From Myxococcota bacterium (GTDB lineage Bacteria > Myxococcota_A > UBA9160 > UBA4427): a stretch of 64,000 nucleotides of DNA. The stretch spans positions 6,571 through 70,570 of the forward strand of contig JAPKBZ010000002.1 in the NCBI GenBank assembly GCA_028823175.1, read 5' to 3'. Both the position numbers and the translations under genes were made by a program. Shown here one piece after another: positions 1-9,464 of the stretch (position 1 is the first letter of the stretch; each line of letters opens with the position of its first letter). The notes beneath the pieces are model-generated. The model worked only from the letters and a program-made list of their open reading frames with translations. It ran no database searches and was not told the DNA's origin.

Positions 1-1
1 T

Positions 2-658
2 GGCCAGCCGGCCCAGACCAACAGCATCCTCGGCCCGGATTGGGCGCACCTCTCCGGGCCCGAAACCGTCTGTGAGACGATGGCCGGAGTCGAGGTCCAC
101 TTTCCCCCCGGCGCCTTTGGCCAGGCGAACCTCGACCTCGCCGATGTTCTGGCCCAACGCGTCGCGGACTTCGCCCTCGACGGGGCATCCCCCGGCCCGG
201 ACAAAGCGCCCTTGGTGGCGGATCTCTACGCCGGCTGCGGCGCCCTGGGCCTGCCCGTATTGGCCCGAGGCGCCGAGGTGCATTTCAACGAACGAGGCGA
301 GGATTCCCTGCGCGGTCTAAACCTCTCCCTGGCGGGCTGCGACGCGGAAATGCGCAGCCGGGCCCACGTTCATCCCGGCGATGCGGCCCGGGCGGCCGAA
401 CTTCGCGGGCTGCTCGGGCGCTGCGACGCCGTCATCGTCGATCCTCCCCGGCGCGGCCTCGGCGACGAACTCGTGGGGGCCCTCGCCGCTGGCCCCCCGG
501 CGCGCCTCGCGTACGTGAGCTGCGGGCTTCCCGCCCTGCTCCGGGAGGCCCGAGCGCTGATCGCCGGAGGAAAACTCCGACTGCGTGGTCTCGACGCCTA
601 CGCGTTCTTCCCCCACGGCGAGCACGTCGAAACCCTGGCGCTCTTCGAACGCCTCTAA
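2..658 (+). CDS. 23S rRNA/tRNA (uracil-5-)-methyltransferase, RumA/TrmA family (C-terminal part; 5' end outside window)
   Basis: The frame is open from the window edge, with no stop upstream of the track Met at 80. Motifs: DLYAGCGALGLP (SAM motif I), VIVDPPRRGL (motif IV), YVSCG (catalytic Cys region), FFPHGEHVE. Confidence 0.8.
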   Translation, partial: GQPAQTNSILGPDWAHLSGPETVCETMAGVEVHFPPGAFGQANLDLADVLAQRVADFALDGASPGPDKAPLVADLYAGCGALGLPVLARGAEVHFNERGEDSLRGLNLSLAGCDAEMRSRAHVHPGDAARAAELRGLLGRCDAVIVDPPRRGLGDELVGALAAGPPARLAYVSCGLPALLREARALIAGGKLRLRGLDAYAFFPHGEHVETLALFERL

Positions 659-664
659 GCCTCG

Positions 665-1450
665 CTACTCGGGCCGCAATCGCTCGCCGAAAAATTCCAG
701 CACCCGGTCGAGGGCTTGGCGCGTCGGATGCCCGGCCTCGTCGATCAGATCGTTGGTCACCACGCTGTGCGCGCTCCGGGCAATGCCGTGGGGATTGCCC
801 GGACCCGAATCGATTTCGATCCCCTCAAAACCATCGCCGAGTTCCTCGCGCAAGCGCTCGAAGCGCTCGGGGGGCGACATGGGATCTTGGGTAAAGCGCA
901 TGCCCAGCACACCCACCCCCTCGTCGCAGGCCCGGCGGCGGACCACCTCGAGATCGCTGTCGGACAGATGCAGCCCGCGCCGGCGCTCAGCGCCCAGAGG
1001 AAAAGGCAGGGAGGGCTGAGAGAGCACGGGCGCCATCACCCACGGATCCACCATCAGGGACAAAGCGAAATTTCCCGTCAAACACATTCCGATGGCCCCG
1101 ACTCCCGGCCCGCCGCACTCGGCGTGGAACTCCCGGCACAGGGCCCGCAGCCAAGTCGTGATGGGGCTCGAACCCCGAGCCGCGAGAACGTGGAACTCCC
1201 GGCTGATACAGGCCCGGGCGATCTGGCCCAGGGCGTACCCGGCGGAGACCGGGCGGCCGGTGGTCCCGAAGAGCTCGGGCAACGCCACCCGGAACCCCGC
1301 CGCCACGACCCGCTCGGCGAATTCCGCCATCGCGGGGTAGAGGCCCGGGACCTCGTGCATGATCACCACCCCGGGGCCGCTGCCCGCGTAGAAAACCCGC
1401 CGGGTCACACCGTCGTGGCTGAACGCGCTTTCGTCGAAGGCCTCAAGCAT
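665..1450 (-). CDS. dienelactone hydrolase family alpha/beta hydrolase
   Basis: 261-aa ORF. GMCLTG matches the DLH G-x-C-L-x-G nucleophile elbow, and the overall alpha/beta hydrolase layout fits. It diverges from the selenoprotein gene. Confidence 0.7.
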   Translation of the reverse strand: MLEAFDESAFSHDGVTRRVFYAGSGPGVVIMHEVPGLYPAMAEFAERVVAAGFRVALPELFGTTGRPVSAGYALGQIARACISREFHVLAARGSSPITTWLRALCREFHAECGGPGVGAIGMCLTGNFALSLMVDPWVMAPVLSQPSLPFPLGAERRRGLHLSDSDLEVVRRRACDEGVGVLGMRFTQDPMSPPERFERLREELGDGFEGIEIDSGPGNPHGIARSAHSVVTNDLIDEAGHPTRQALDRVLEFFGERLRPE

Positions 1451-1476
1451 GGAGCGAGTCTAAACTTCCGGGCGCC

Positions 1477-1545
1477 GCCACGCCGCCCTTGCGGATTACG
1501 CCACGCCGCCCTTGCGAATTACGCCACGCCGCCCTTGCGGATCGG
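1477..1545. repeat. 3 x 23-bp direct tandem repeat (GCCACGCCGCCCTTGCGGATTAC-like) in a divergent intergenic region
   Basis: The units at 1477-1499, 1500-1522 and 1523-1545 differ at 1-3 positions. Each unit contains a CCGC-CCTT-GCGG mini-palindrome. Confidence 0.9.
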
Positions 1546-1602
1546 CGAAGGCCTGGGCCACACTTCCCCTGACCGGACGCGGAGTCCGGGCCAGGAGGCC
1601 CC

Positions 1603-1818
1603 ATGAAGATCGCCATCACCTACTGCGTAAGCTGAAATTTTGCGCCCCAGGCGACCAGTTTGGCCGCCTCCCTGCTCGAAGCCACCGGCGAAGAAGCCCA
1701 GCTTATCCGGGGCTCAGGCGGCATCTTCGACGTCGTCTGCGATGAGCGCCTGCTCTTCTCCAAGCAAGCGACCGGGCGTTTCCCCGAACCCGAAGAAATT
1801 CTGGCCCTGCTCCCCTGA
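1603..1818 (+). CDS. SelW/SelT/SelH (Rdx) family redox protein, probable selenoprotein with Sec at codon 11 (TGA 1633-1635)
   Basis: AGGAGG at 1593-1598 lies 4 nt before ATG 1603. Translation reading TGA as U: MKIAITYCVSUNFAPQATSLAASLLEATGEEAQLIRGSGGIFDVVCDERLLFSKQATGRFPEPEEILALLP. This matches the Rdx fold pattern (YCxxC/U ... GxxGxFEV ... GRFPE). The TGA sits exactly at the second redox position of CxxC/U. Confidence 0.75.
1649..1669 (+). promoter_or_regulatory. putative bacterial SECIS-like hairpin downstream of the in-frame UGA
   Basis: Stem aGGCGACC / GGCCGCCt gives 8 pairs with one A-C mismatch. The loop is AGUUU (contains GU). The stem starts 14 nt after the UGA. Confidence 0.45.
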
Positions 1819-1831
1819 ACCCCGCCCGGGC

Positions 1832-3247
1832 TCAGGGCGAGTTTGCGCTCTCGGGCTGCAGCTCACCCGCCAAGAGATCGAGAGCCAACAGGCCCATGGC
1901 GCGGATCGCCGTCTCCAGGGTCGCCTCGGCGGCCGGCGCGAAGCCGCTCGAATGAACGCCGGGCAGCGGAACGGCCCCCGGCTCTCGGCTGGCCGCGAAG
2001 CGCTCCGGGTCCTGGGCCCCCACCCGGAACATCAGGCCGGGCACCGTCAGCGCACGGGCGTAGCGACCGAAATCCTCGCCTCCCATGGTCGGGGGCATCT
2101 CGAAGACCTGCTCGGCCCCGAAGACGTTCTCGAAGAGCGCGACCGCCCGGGCCGTAAAGGCCGGATCGTTGTAGAGCGCCGGGGTGTACTCCTCGCGTAC
2201 CGTTACCCCGGGCGGGCGCGGGCACTGGAAGACGCGACACGTATCCGCCGCGATCTGAGCGATGCCCTCAAGAAGTTCATCCCGGGTCTCGTCGCTATAC
2301 GATCGCACGGTCAGCTGAAGCTTCGCCTCGTTGGGAATCACGTTGTGCTTGGTGCCCGCGTGGATCGAGCCCACGGTCACCACCCCCGGCTTCTGGGGGT
2401 CGAGCCGACGACTCACCAGGGTCTGCAAAGATCCGACGAAGGAGGCGGCCGTCACGATCGGGTCGATGGCCGTGTGGGGCCGCGCGCCGTGGCCGCCGAG
2501 CCCGAAGAAGGTCACGTCCACGGAATCGACGTTCGCAAAAGCAAAGCCCGGGGTGTAGCCCACGCTGCCCGCCGCGAGGTCCGAGTCCACGTGCAGCGCC
2601 AGGGTGTAATCGGGACGGGGAAAATCCTCGAAGAGTCCCGCCGCCATCATGTCCCGGGCCCCCTGGCCGACCTCCTCGGCGGGTTGCGCCACCAACATCA
2701 GGGTTCCGCTCCAGAGATCCTGGGCCTGGGCGAGGAGTTGGGCGGTCGCGACCAGGTTGGCGGTGTGCACGTCGTGCCCACACGCGTGCATGACCCCGGT
2801 CGTGCGGCCGTCCGGGAGCAGCGCGGTCACTTCACTGGCGTATGCGAGGCCGCTCGCCTCGCTCACGGGCAGCGCATCCATATCGCCCCGAATCATCAGA
2901 GTGGGCCCCGGACCGTTCTCCAGCACAGCCACCACCCCCGTCCCCCCGACTTCGGCGGTGACGCGGTAGCCCGCCTGCTGGAAGGCCTCGGCAACCCGGG
3001 CGGCCGTCCGGGTCTCCTGGAGCGAGAGCTCCGGGTGGGCATGCAAATCGCGATACAGCGCGACCAAGCCCTCCATGTTCTGCTCCGTCCACGCGTCGAC
3101 GACGGCCAGCCCGGCGGCGGAGGGATTGGCCCCTGGCGAGGGCGAGCCTCCCTCTTCGCTGGACGCCGGCCAGCCGGGGCCGAGCACCCCTCCGATCAGC
3201 AACCCGGTGGCCAGAAAAACACGAAGCCCGCTTCGATGCCCTTTCAT
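1832..3247 (-). CDS. M20 family amidohydrolase/peptidase (M20D, hippurate-hydrolase-like), secreted
   Basis: Motifs HACGHDVH and QPAEE. Start reassigned to ATG 3247 (MKGHRSGLRVFLATGLL..., signal-peptide-like) with a GGAGGGG Shine-Dalgarno (SD) sequence upstream. The longer track ORF would overlap the next gene. Confidence 0.8.
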   Translation of the reverse strand: MKGHRSGLRVFLATGLLIGGVLGPGWPASSEEGGSPSPGANPSAAGLAVVDAWTEQNMEGLVALYRDLHAHPELSLQETRTAARVAEAFQQAGYRVTAEVGGTGVVAVLENGPGPTLMIRGDMDALPVSEASGLAYASEVTALLPDGRTTGVMHACGHDVHTANLVATAQLLAQAQDLWSGTLMLVAQPAEEVGQGARDMMAAGLFEDFPRPDYTLALHVDSDLAAGSVGYTPGFAFANVDSVDVTFFGLGGHGARPHTAIDPIVTAASFVGSLQTLVSRRLDPQKPGVVTVGSIHAGTKHNVIPNEAKLQLTVRSYSDETRDELLEGIAQIAADTCRVFQCPRPPGVTVREEYTPALYNDPAFTARAVALFENVFGAEQVFEMPPTMGGEDFGRYARALTVPGLMFRVGAQDPERFAASREPGAVPLPGVHSSGFAPAAEATLETAIRAMGLLALDLLAGELQPESANSP

Positions 3248-3400
3248 CGGCCCCTCCTGCGCGAATGCGCGCTGATTCCCCGACGAGACTAGCGCCCTTG
3301 GCGTGGAAGTGGCTCTCGATGATTTCATAGCCTGGGGTAAACTCACCCGGGCAGAATCAAGCGCGAGGCCTCGAAGCCCCACGACCTTAAGGAGTCCGCC

Positions 3401-4336
3401 ATGCCTCTCGATCCCCAAGCCAAGCAAATCCTCGATCTCATCAACTCGGCCCCCGGTTTCGATCTTGAAGGAAGCGCGGCCCAGGCGCGCGAATTCTTCG
3501 ATCAGATGAACATTCCCGACGCGTCGACCCCCGTGGCGCGGGTTGAGAACCGCACGATCCCCGGGCCCGAGGGCGAGATCCCCGTGCGAATCTACGCTCC
3601 CGCCCCCGCCGAGGAAGAGCCCGGGTTGCCCGTTCTACTCTACTTTCACGGCGGCGGTTTCGTGATCGGGAGCATCGACACCCACGACGGGACCTGCCGG
3701 GAACTCGCCCGGGGAGCCCACTGCATGGTGGTCTCGGTCGATTACCGTCTGGCCCCTGAGCACCCCTTCCCGGCGGCCCCCGAGGACTGCTACGCCGCGA
3801 CGGTTTGGGTCGCCCAGAACGCGGCGGAAATCGGCGCCGACCCCCAACGCATCGCCGTCGGAGGGGACAGCGCCGGGGGGAACCTGGCGGCGGCGGTGAC
3901 CCTGATGTGCCGGGATCGACAGGGGCCCACCCTCTGCCACCAGCTCCTCGTCTACCCCGTCACGGACTACGCCTTCGAAACGGATTCGTACCGCGAGAAC
4001 GCCGACGGTTATATGCTGACCCTCCCCATCATGGAATGGTTCTGGAACCATTACCTGGCCGACCCCGCCCAGGGTGGCGACGAACTCGCGTCCCCTCTGC
4101 GCGCCGCCGTCCTCGCCGGATTGCCCCCGGCGACGGTGCTCACCGCCGAATTCGACCCACTGCGCGACGAGGGCGAGGCCTATGCCCGGCGCCTCGAAAG
4201 CGCGGGGATCAAAACTCGACTGACCCGCTATGACGGCGTCTTCCACGGCTTCTTCGGCATGGGAGCGGCCATCGATAAAGCAAACTTGGCGATAGACGAG
4301 GCATGCACCCAACTTCGGGGTACATTCACGGCATGA
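3401..4336 (+). CDS. alpha/beta hydrolase, hormone-sensitive-lipase (Aes-like) esterase family
   Basis: HGGG oxyanion motif (YFHGGGFVIGS), GDSAGG nucleophile elbow, C-terminal DPLRDEG and HGF. AAGGAG SD before the ATG. Confidence 0.85.
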   Translation: MPLDPQAKQILDLINSAPGFDLEGSAAQAREFFDQMNIPDASTPVARVENRTIPGPEGEIPVRIYAPAPAEEEPGLPVLLYFHGGGFVIGSIDTHDGTCRELARGAHCMVVSVDYRLAPEHPFPAAPEDCYAATVWVAQNAAEIGADPQRIAVGGDSAGGNLAAAVTLMCRDRQGPTLCHQLLVYPVTDYAFETDSYRENADGYMLTLPIMEWFWNHYLADPAQGGDELASPLRAAVLAGLPPATVLTAEFDPLRDEGEAYARRLESAGIKTRLTRYDGVFHGFFGMGAAIDKANLAIDEACTQLRGTFTA

Positions 4337-5010
4337 TTGATTCTCGGATTCAGTACGCGCTTGGCTTGGCCGCCCTCCTCGTCGCATTGGGGGTCTTGGG
4401 GCTCGGCTGCAACGGCGGCGGTCTTTCCGCCGACAGTCTCAGCTTTCCCAAGGACAAGAGCGCCGCCCCGGCGAGCGCCGCCCCGGCGCAGCCGGCCCCG
4501 GCGCCCACCGAATGGACGGCGCCAGAGCCCGCCACCGCGCAATTCGAGCCCGGGGCCGACAGCCCCTACAGCTGGGCCGAACTCTCGGCCCGCGGCCGGG
4601 ATGCCATGCTCGCGGGTGATTATCCCACGGCGAAGAGCGCCTTCGTCTCCGCCCTCTCCCAAACCGCCACCCTCGAGGATCACGACGTGCGCGTCAAAAC
4701 CTCGCTGGTGAATATCACGGTCCTCGCCCAGGCTCTCGATGCCGAGGGCTCCCAGGATCAGTCCGCCGAACTCGTCCAAATTCTGATCGTCCAGGAGCAG
4801 GCCGACCGACGGATCAACTTCGACGTGGCCGGCCCCCTGATGCTCAGCCACGCCGAGCGAGAATTGGCGGCGGGCAACCCGGCCATGGCTGCCCAAATCG
4901 CCCAGGCAGCGCTGAACCTCGACGGCTCGTCCAACCCCATCAACGCGTCGCTGCGCGAGAAACTCGACGCGATGGTCTGGCCCGTGAGCACGGCGCCCAG
5001 CGCCGAGTAA
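4333..5010 (+). CDS. hypothetical lipoprotein (TPR-like helical C-terminal part)
   Basis: ATG 4333 overlaps the upstream stop (ATGA coupling). Signal peptide plus lipobox LGLGC, followed by an Ala/Pro-rich linker. Confidence 0.6.
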   Translation: MIDSRIQYALGLAALLVALGVLGLGCNGGGLSADSLSFPKDKSAAPASAAPAQPAPAPTEWTAPEPATAQFEPGADSPYSWAELSARGRDAMLAGDYPTAKSAFVSALSQTATLEDHDVRVKTSLVNITVLAQALDAEGSQDQSAELVQILIVQEQADRRINFDVAGPLMLSHAERELAAGNPAMAAQIAQAALNLDGSSNPINASLREKLDAMVWPVSTAPSAE

Positions 5011-5032
5011 CCGCGAACCCCGGCGAGCGGAC

Positions 5033-6322
5033 TCAGCGTCGTCGCACAATAACCCCCCGGAACGAATCGCCTTCGGGGAAGGCTCTTCGACGCGGAAAAT
5101 CGGGGCCGGGCCCGGCGTCCTCGATCGTGTCCAAGCGAGCCCCCGCGCGCCCAGCCGCCGCCTGAACGAGGTCGGAGAGCGACCCTCGGGCTCGGCGCCA
5201 GTTGCGGCAGACGAGCAAGCGCCCTCCCGGCTTTAAGCGACCCAAGGCCTCGACGACCAGGGGTTCGAGGTCCTGTTGGACCGACCAGAAACGACGCCCG
5301 GCGGCGGCGGCGGTCGGTGGGTCGAGCACGATTCCATCGAAACGTTCGCGGCGATTCAGGCTGGCCAGATAACGACGGCCGTCGTGGCGCACCGCCTGGT
5401 GCCGCTCCGCCTCGACCCCGAACTCGGCGTTGAGCGCGAGATGATCGCCGAGCCAGGCCAGGTAAGGGCCCGAGAGATCCACACTCGTCACGCGCCGGGC
5501 GCCCGCGGCCAGAAGAGCCACGCTGAACGCGCCGGTGTGGGCGAAGAGGTTCAGCCAGTCACCTCCTGGGGCGGCGCTCGCCAGAGTCTCCCGGTTCTCG
5601 CGCTGGTCGAGAAAGAGCCCCGTCCCCGGCCGGGGCCGGCGCGGGTCGCCGAGACCCGGATCCACCTGGAAGCGCAGCCCTCTTTCATGCACCCGGAGAC
5701 GGCCCCGAGGATCGAGGTTTTCGGCCAGCCAATCCGGCTCCGGCGCCGTGCGCCAGGCCACCAAAGGGCCCGGCGGACGCTCGGCGCTGGGAAGATGAAG
5801 CACCTCGATGACCCGGCCCGGCCCCCCGGGCCATTCCGCGGCCTCCAGGGCCTCGATCACCGGGCCCACCAGGCCCTGGCAGGCCCGGCCGCTGACCAGC
5901 ACCCGAAGCACGCCTCCCAAGCGGTCGACGCAAAGCCCGGGCAGCCCATCGGCTTCGCCGTGAATGAGCCGCAGGGCATCGGTATACGGACGGCCCTCGA
6001 GACTTCGAAGGCTCGTTCCCCGCCTCGCCAGGCCCCGGCGATGGGCCACCGCCCGTTTCACCCGGAGCGAGACCTCTTCCGCATCATCCAGGGTCTCGAC
6101 CCCGGCCCGGGCCCATATGCGCGCGGCAATCGGCCCAGCGCCCTCCACCCGCGCGAGGCCCAGGCGCTGCTCGCCCGGGCCCACCACCTCGACCCGGGTG
6201 CCTGGGGGCCAATCCGAGGGATCGTCACTTTCCCCGTCGGGCAAGATCCAGGGGTGCCCTTGCCCAAGAACCCGGGCAGTGGCGCGTGACACACGATAAA
6301 CGGGGATCGAAGTCGCTTTCAT
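5033..6322 (-). CDS. class I SAM-dependent rRNA methyltransferase, RlmI-like (PUA + MTase)
   Basis: N-terminal PUA-like region, LNLFAHTGAFSV (motif I), IVLDPP (motif IV). 429 aa. Confidence 0.75.
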   Translation of the reverse strand: MKATSIPVYRVSRATARVLGQGHPWILPDGESDDPSDWPPGTRVEVVGPGEQRLGLARVEGAGPIAARIWARAGVETLDDAEEVSLRVKRAVAHRRGLARRGTSLRSLEGRPYTDALRLIHGEADGLPGLCVDRLGGVLRVLVSGRACQGLVGPVIEALEAAEWPGGPGRVIEVLHLPSAERPPGPLVAWRTAPEPDWLAENLDPRGRLRVHERGLRFQVDPGLGDPRRPRPGTGLFLDQRENRETLASAAPGGDWLNLFAHTGAFSVALLAAGARRVTSVDLSGPYLAWLGDHLALNAEFGVEAERHQAVRHDGRRYLASLNRRERFDGIVLDPPTAAAAGRRFWSVQQDLEPLVVEALGRLKPGGRLLVCRNWRRARGSLSDLVQAAAGRAGARLDTIEDAGPGPDFPRRRAFPEGDSFRGVIVRRR

Positions 6323-6402
6323 GGGGCGAGAATACCCGAGCCCGGGAAAAAGGGACCGCCCAAGGCACGGGAAAACTCGCGCGCGCCGGGTAAACTCCAG
6401 TC

Positions 6403-9342
6403 ATGCGCGCGACCCAGGCTCTTTTCCAGGCGATCCAGGAAGCCGCCTCTCGACCCGTTTGGTCTCGGGGCGTGGAACTCGTGCGCGCCGAAGCCGTCAG
6501 CGGCGAGAAATCCGAGCCGGACGAAGTGATTCTGCGGGTCTCCACCCGCCAGGGCCTGAAGACCCCAGTGGTCACCCTTTACCCCGAGGACGAGGATTGG
6601 GAATGCAGTTGCCACGGGGAAGAGGACCCGTGCGAGCACGTCACCGCGGCGATCATCGCCCTGCGCAAGGCCCGCAAAGAAGGCGCCTCGCTTCCCCAGG
6701 CGGCGGGCGGTACCGGGCGCCTGCGCTACCGCTTCGATAGCCAGGGCAAGAAGAGCCTGTCCCTGACCCGAGAGGTCGTGACGGAAGAGAGCGTGCTCCC
6801 CCTCGAGCACAGCCTCACCGCCCTTGCGGCGGGCCGGGTGAGCGGTCCCCGCTTCGACACCAACAGCCAGGACATGGCGGTCGAGCGAATCCTCGGAATT
6901 TTCAGGGAGCCGGTGCTGCCCCGGGAGGCCATGATCCAATTATTCGGCGCCCTGGCCGAGTCCGAGCACGTGATCCTTGACGGTCAGCCCGTCGCCGTTT
7001 CCTCGGAGCCGGTGCTCCCCCTGGCCCGGATCGTCGATGCGCCCGGCGGCGTGCGGCTCTTCGTCGAGCAGGACGGCTCGGTCACGCGAACCTTCGGAAG
7101 CGGGGTCGTTCTCGCCGGCGACACCCTGCGCGCAATGGGCGACCCCAAATTCGACGGCCGGGAGCGGGAGCAGCTGCCCCGGGGCCAGTTCTTCAGCAAC
7201 GATCAACTCGGGGAACTCGTGAGCGAGGTGCTGCCCAGCCTCGAGGCGCGAATCCCGGTTCGTATCGAAACCGATCGCCTGCCCGCAACCCAGCGCGGCG
7301 ATCCGCCGCGCGTCCAAATCGCGTCGACACGCGAGGGAGACCAACTCTCCATCCTCCCCTCTCTGGTCTACGGAGACCCGCCCACCGCCCGGATCGACGC
7401 CGGGCGCCTGGTCCATATCCAAGGCCCCCTGCCCCTGCGCGACCCCGCCGCCGAGCGCAGCGCCGTCGTTGAACTCGAGAGAGGCCTCGGGCTCAAGCCG
7501 GGCCGAAGGGTCGTTCTTTCGGGGGAGGAGGCCATCGAATTTGCCGATCGCCTGACGGGTTGGCGCGGCGATCTCCAGGGCAACGCCCACAGCGCTTTTT
7601 TTCGCGCCCCCGAATTGATCCCGGCGCTCGAGGTCGCCGGTTCGACCTTCGACGTTTCCTTCTCGCTGCCCGCGGATTCGGAGAACGGGCGCCCCGCGCG
7701 TGCGGGCGCGGCTTCGGCCGAGAGCGTGATCGGTGCCTGGCGCCGGGGCGACTCGACGGTGTCCCTCAACGGGGGCGGCATTGCCCCACTGCCCGCGGAT
7801 TGGCTCGCCCGCTTTGGCCACCGGATCGCCGACCTGCTCGCGGCCCGAGACCAACGCGGCGGGGTCCCGGCCTGCGTGCTGCCCGACCTCGGCCGGCTTT
7901 GCGAAGACCTCGACGAACCGCCGCCCCCCCAACTCGGCGAACTGCGCCCGCTGCTCGAAAACTTCTCCGGGATTCCCTCCGCCCCCCTGCCCAGCGACCT
8001 GCGGGCCGAATTGCGCGAGTACCAGCGCCACGGCTTCGACTGGTTGCACTTCCTGCGCGGGGCGGGGCTGGGTGCCCTGCTCGCGGACGACATGGGCCTG
8101 GGAAAGACCCTCCAGACAATCTGCGCGCTCGAGAGACGCGCCCTGGTGGTGGTGCCCACGAGCCTGATCCACAACTGGAGCGAGGAACTCGAGCGTTTTC
8201 GCCCCGGCCTTCGGGTCTCGACCTACCACGGCCCGCGCCGAACCCTCGACCCCGAGGCCGACGTCGTGCTCACCAGTTACGCCATCCTGCGCCTGGATAA
8301 CGACCAACTGGCCAACGAACGCTGGCGCACCCTGGTCCTCGACGAGGCCCAGAACATCAAGAACCCGGAGAGCCAGATCGCCCGGGCCGCCCGGGCGATG
8401 GAAGCCGACTTCCGTATCGCCCTCACGGGCACCCCGGTCGAAAACCGGCTCGAGGAACTCTGGAGCCAGCTGCATTTCCTCAATCGCGGCCTGCTCGGGG
8501 GCCGACGGGATTTCCAGGAGCGCTACGCGCGCCCCATTGGCGAGGGCGATGCGAGCGCCGCGGCCCGGCTTCGCGACCGGGTGCGGCCCTTCGTGCTCCG
8601 CCGACTCAAGCGCGACGTCGCCCCGGAGTTGCCGCCGCGCACCGACGTGGTCCTGCATTGCGAGTTGAGCACCGAGGAACGCGATGTCTACGACAGCGTG
8701 CGGGCGGCCAGCCTCAGCCGGGTGGTCGAGAGCCTGCGGGACGGGGGCAATATGATGGCAGCCCTCGAAGCCCTACTGCGCCTGCGCCAGGCCGCTTGCC
8801 ACCCCGGACTCGTCCCGGGACAAGACGCCGAGCGCTCGACCAAAGTCGATCTGCTCGTCGAAAGGCTGAGCCAAGCCTTCGAGGAAGGTCACAAGGCCCT
8901 CGTCTTCTCCCAATGGACGAGTCTCCTCGACCGCGTCGAGCCCGCCCTGGGCGCTGCGGGGATTGCCTTCGAGCGCCTCGACGGGTCCACCCGGGACCGC
9001 CCCGGGGTGATCCGCCGCTTCGACGACGCCGAAGGGGCGTCGGTCATGCTGATCTCCCTGCGCGCCGGCGGCACCGGGCTCAATCTGACCTCGGCCGACC
9101 ACGTTTTCCTCCTCGATCCCTGGTGGAATCCAGCCGTGGAGGACCAGGCCGCGGATCGAGCTCATCGCATCGGCCAGACCCGGCCGGTGGTGGTGCATCG
9201 TCTGGTGGCCCTTGGCACCGTCGAGGAGCGCATCCTCGAACTCCATGCCCGCAAGCGAGCGCTCTCCGAGGCCGCCCTCGGCGAGGGGGGGGGCGGCTCA
9301 GGGCTCAGTCGGGACGACCTCCTGGCCCTGCTGGACGACTAG
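6403..9342 (+). CDS. SNF2-family DEAD/DEAH helicase with N-terminal SWIM zinc finger
   Basis: SWIM CxCxnCxH ([12 protein letters not shown]). Helicase motifs [62 protein letters not shown]. Confidence 0.9.
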   Translation: MRATQALFQAIQEAASRPVWSRGVELVRAEAVSGEKSEPDEVILRVSTRQGLKTPVVTLYPEDEDWECSCHGEEDPCEHVTAAIIALRKARKEGASLPQAAGGTGRLRYRFDSQGKKSLSLTREVVTEESVLPLEHSLTALAAGRVSGPRFDTNSQDMAVERILGIFREPVLPREAMIQLFGALAESEHVILDGQPVAVSSEPVLPLARIVDAPGGVRLFVEQDGSVTRTFGSGVVLAGDTLRAMGDPKFDGREREQLPRGQFFSNDQLGELVSEVLPSLEARIPVRIETDRLPATQRGDPPRVQIASTREGDQLSILPSLVYGDPPTARIDAGRLVHIQGPLPLRDPAAERSAVVELERGLGLKPGRRVVLSGEEAIEFADRLTGWRGDLQGNAHSAFFRAPELIPALEVAGSTFDVSFSLPADSENGRPARAGAASAESVIGAWRRGDSTVSLNGGGIAPLPADWLARFGHRIADLLAARDQRGGVPACVLPDLGRLCEDLDEPPPPQLGELRPLLENFSGIPSAPLPSDLRAELREYQRHGFDWLHFLRGAGLGALLADDMGLGKTLQTICALERRALVVVPTSLIHNWSEELERFRPGLRVSTYHGPRRTLDPEADVVLTSYAILRLDNDQLANERWRTLVLDEAQNIKNPESQIARAARAMEADFRIALTGTPVENRLEELWSQLHFLNRGLLGGRRDFQERYARPIGEGDASAAARLRDRVRPFVLRRLKRDVAPELPPRTDVVLHCELSTEERDVYDSVRAASLSRVVESLRDGGNMMAALEALLRLRQAACHPGLVPGQDAERSTKVDLLVERLSQAFEEGHKALVFSQWTSLLDRVEPALGAAGIAFERLDGSTRDRPGVIRRFDDAEGASVMLISLRAGGTGLNLTSADHVFLLDPWWNPAVEDQAADRAHRIGQTRPVVVHRLVALGTVEERILELHARKRALSEAALGEGGGGSGLSRDDLLALLDD

Positions 9343-9464
9343 GCGAGCCGGCCGACGCTGCCCGCGAGATTGGGCCGAGCGCTTGATCGTCAGCCCGAGG
9401 CGCTTAGGATAGGGGCTCGCCCGGGCGCCGGGGGGGGGACTCCCTCAAGGCGCGGCGATAAGGA

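Noticed and set aside
1640-3292. 550-aa plus-strand ORF overlapping the M20 amidohydrolase gene. Similar very long antisense or off-frame ORFs occur at 6940-8658(-), 13989-15590(-), 16115-17593(-), 24051-25184(-), 25194-26384(-), 32881-34476(-), 39145-40860(+), 44923-46023(-), 46545-47582(-), 53967-55145(+) and 58837-59802(-).
   Set aside because: These are typical shadow ORFs of a high-GC genome, where stop codons are rare in non-coding frames. Their translations are Arg/Pro/Gly/Ala-rich and low-complexity, and each is fully covered by an opposite or offset ORF with clear family motifs.
3248-3427. N-terminal extensions offered by the ORF track for several genes: M20 to 3427, pheT to 18910, ADH to 23913, OMP to 11248, autotransporter 2 to 35698, phnW to 55643, GT4 to 60292, small protein to 43267, amidohydrolase to 44635, TolC to 62837.
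   Set aside because: The extended parts overlap upstream genes, are Arg/Pro-rich and lack family similarity. Internal starts with Shine-Dalgarno sequences, signal peptides or stop/start coupling fit better.
9285-9440. Homopolymeric G runs (GGGGGGGG at about 9287-9295 inside the SNF2 3' end, and about 9431-9438 upstream of the J-protein gene), considered as phase-variation tracts.
   Set aside because: Runs of 8-9 G are expected by chance at this GC content. The first lies in a Gly-rich C-terminal tail and is read in frame. There is no evidence of frame switching within the window.
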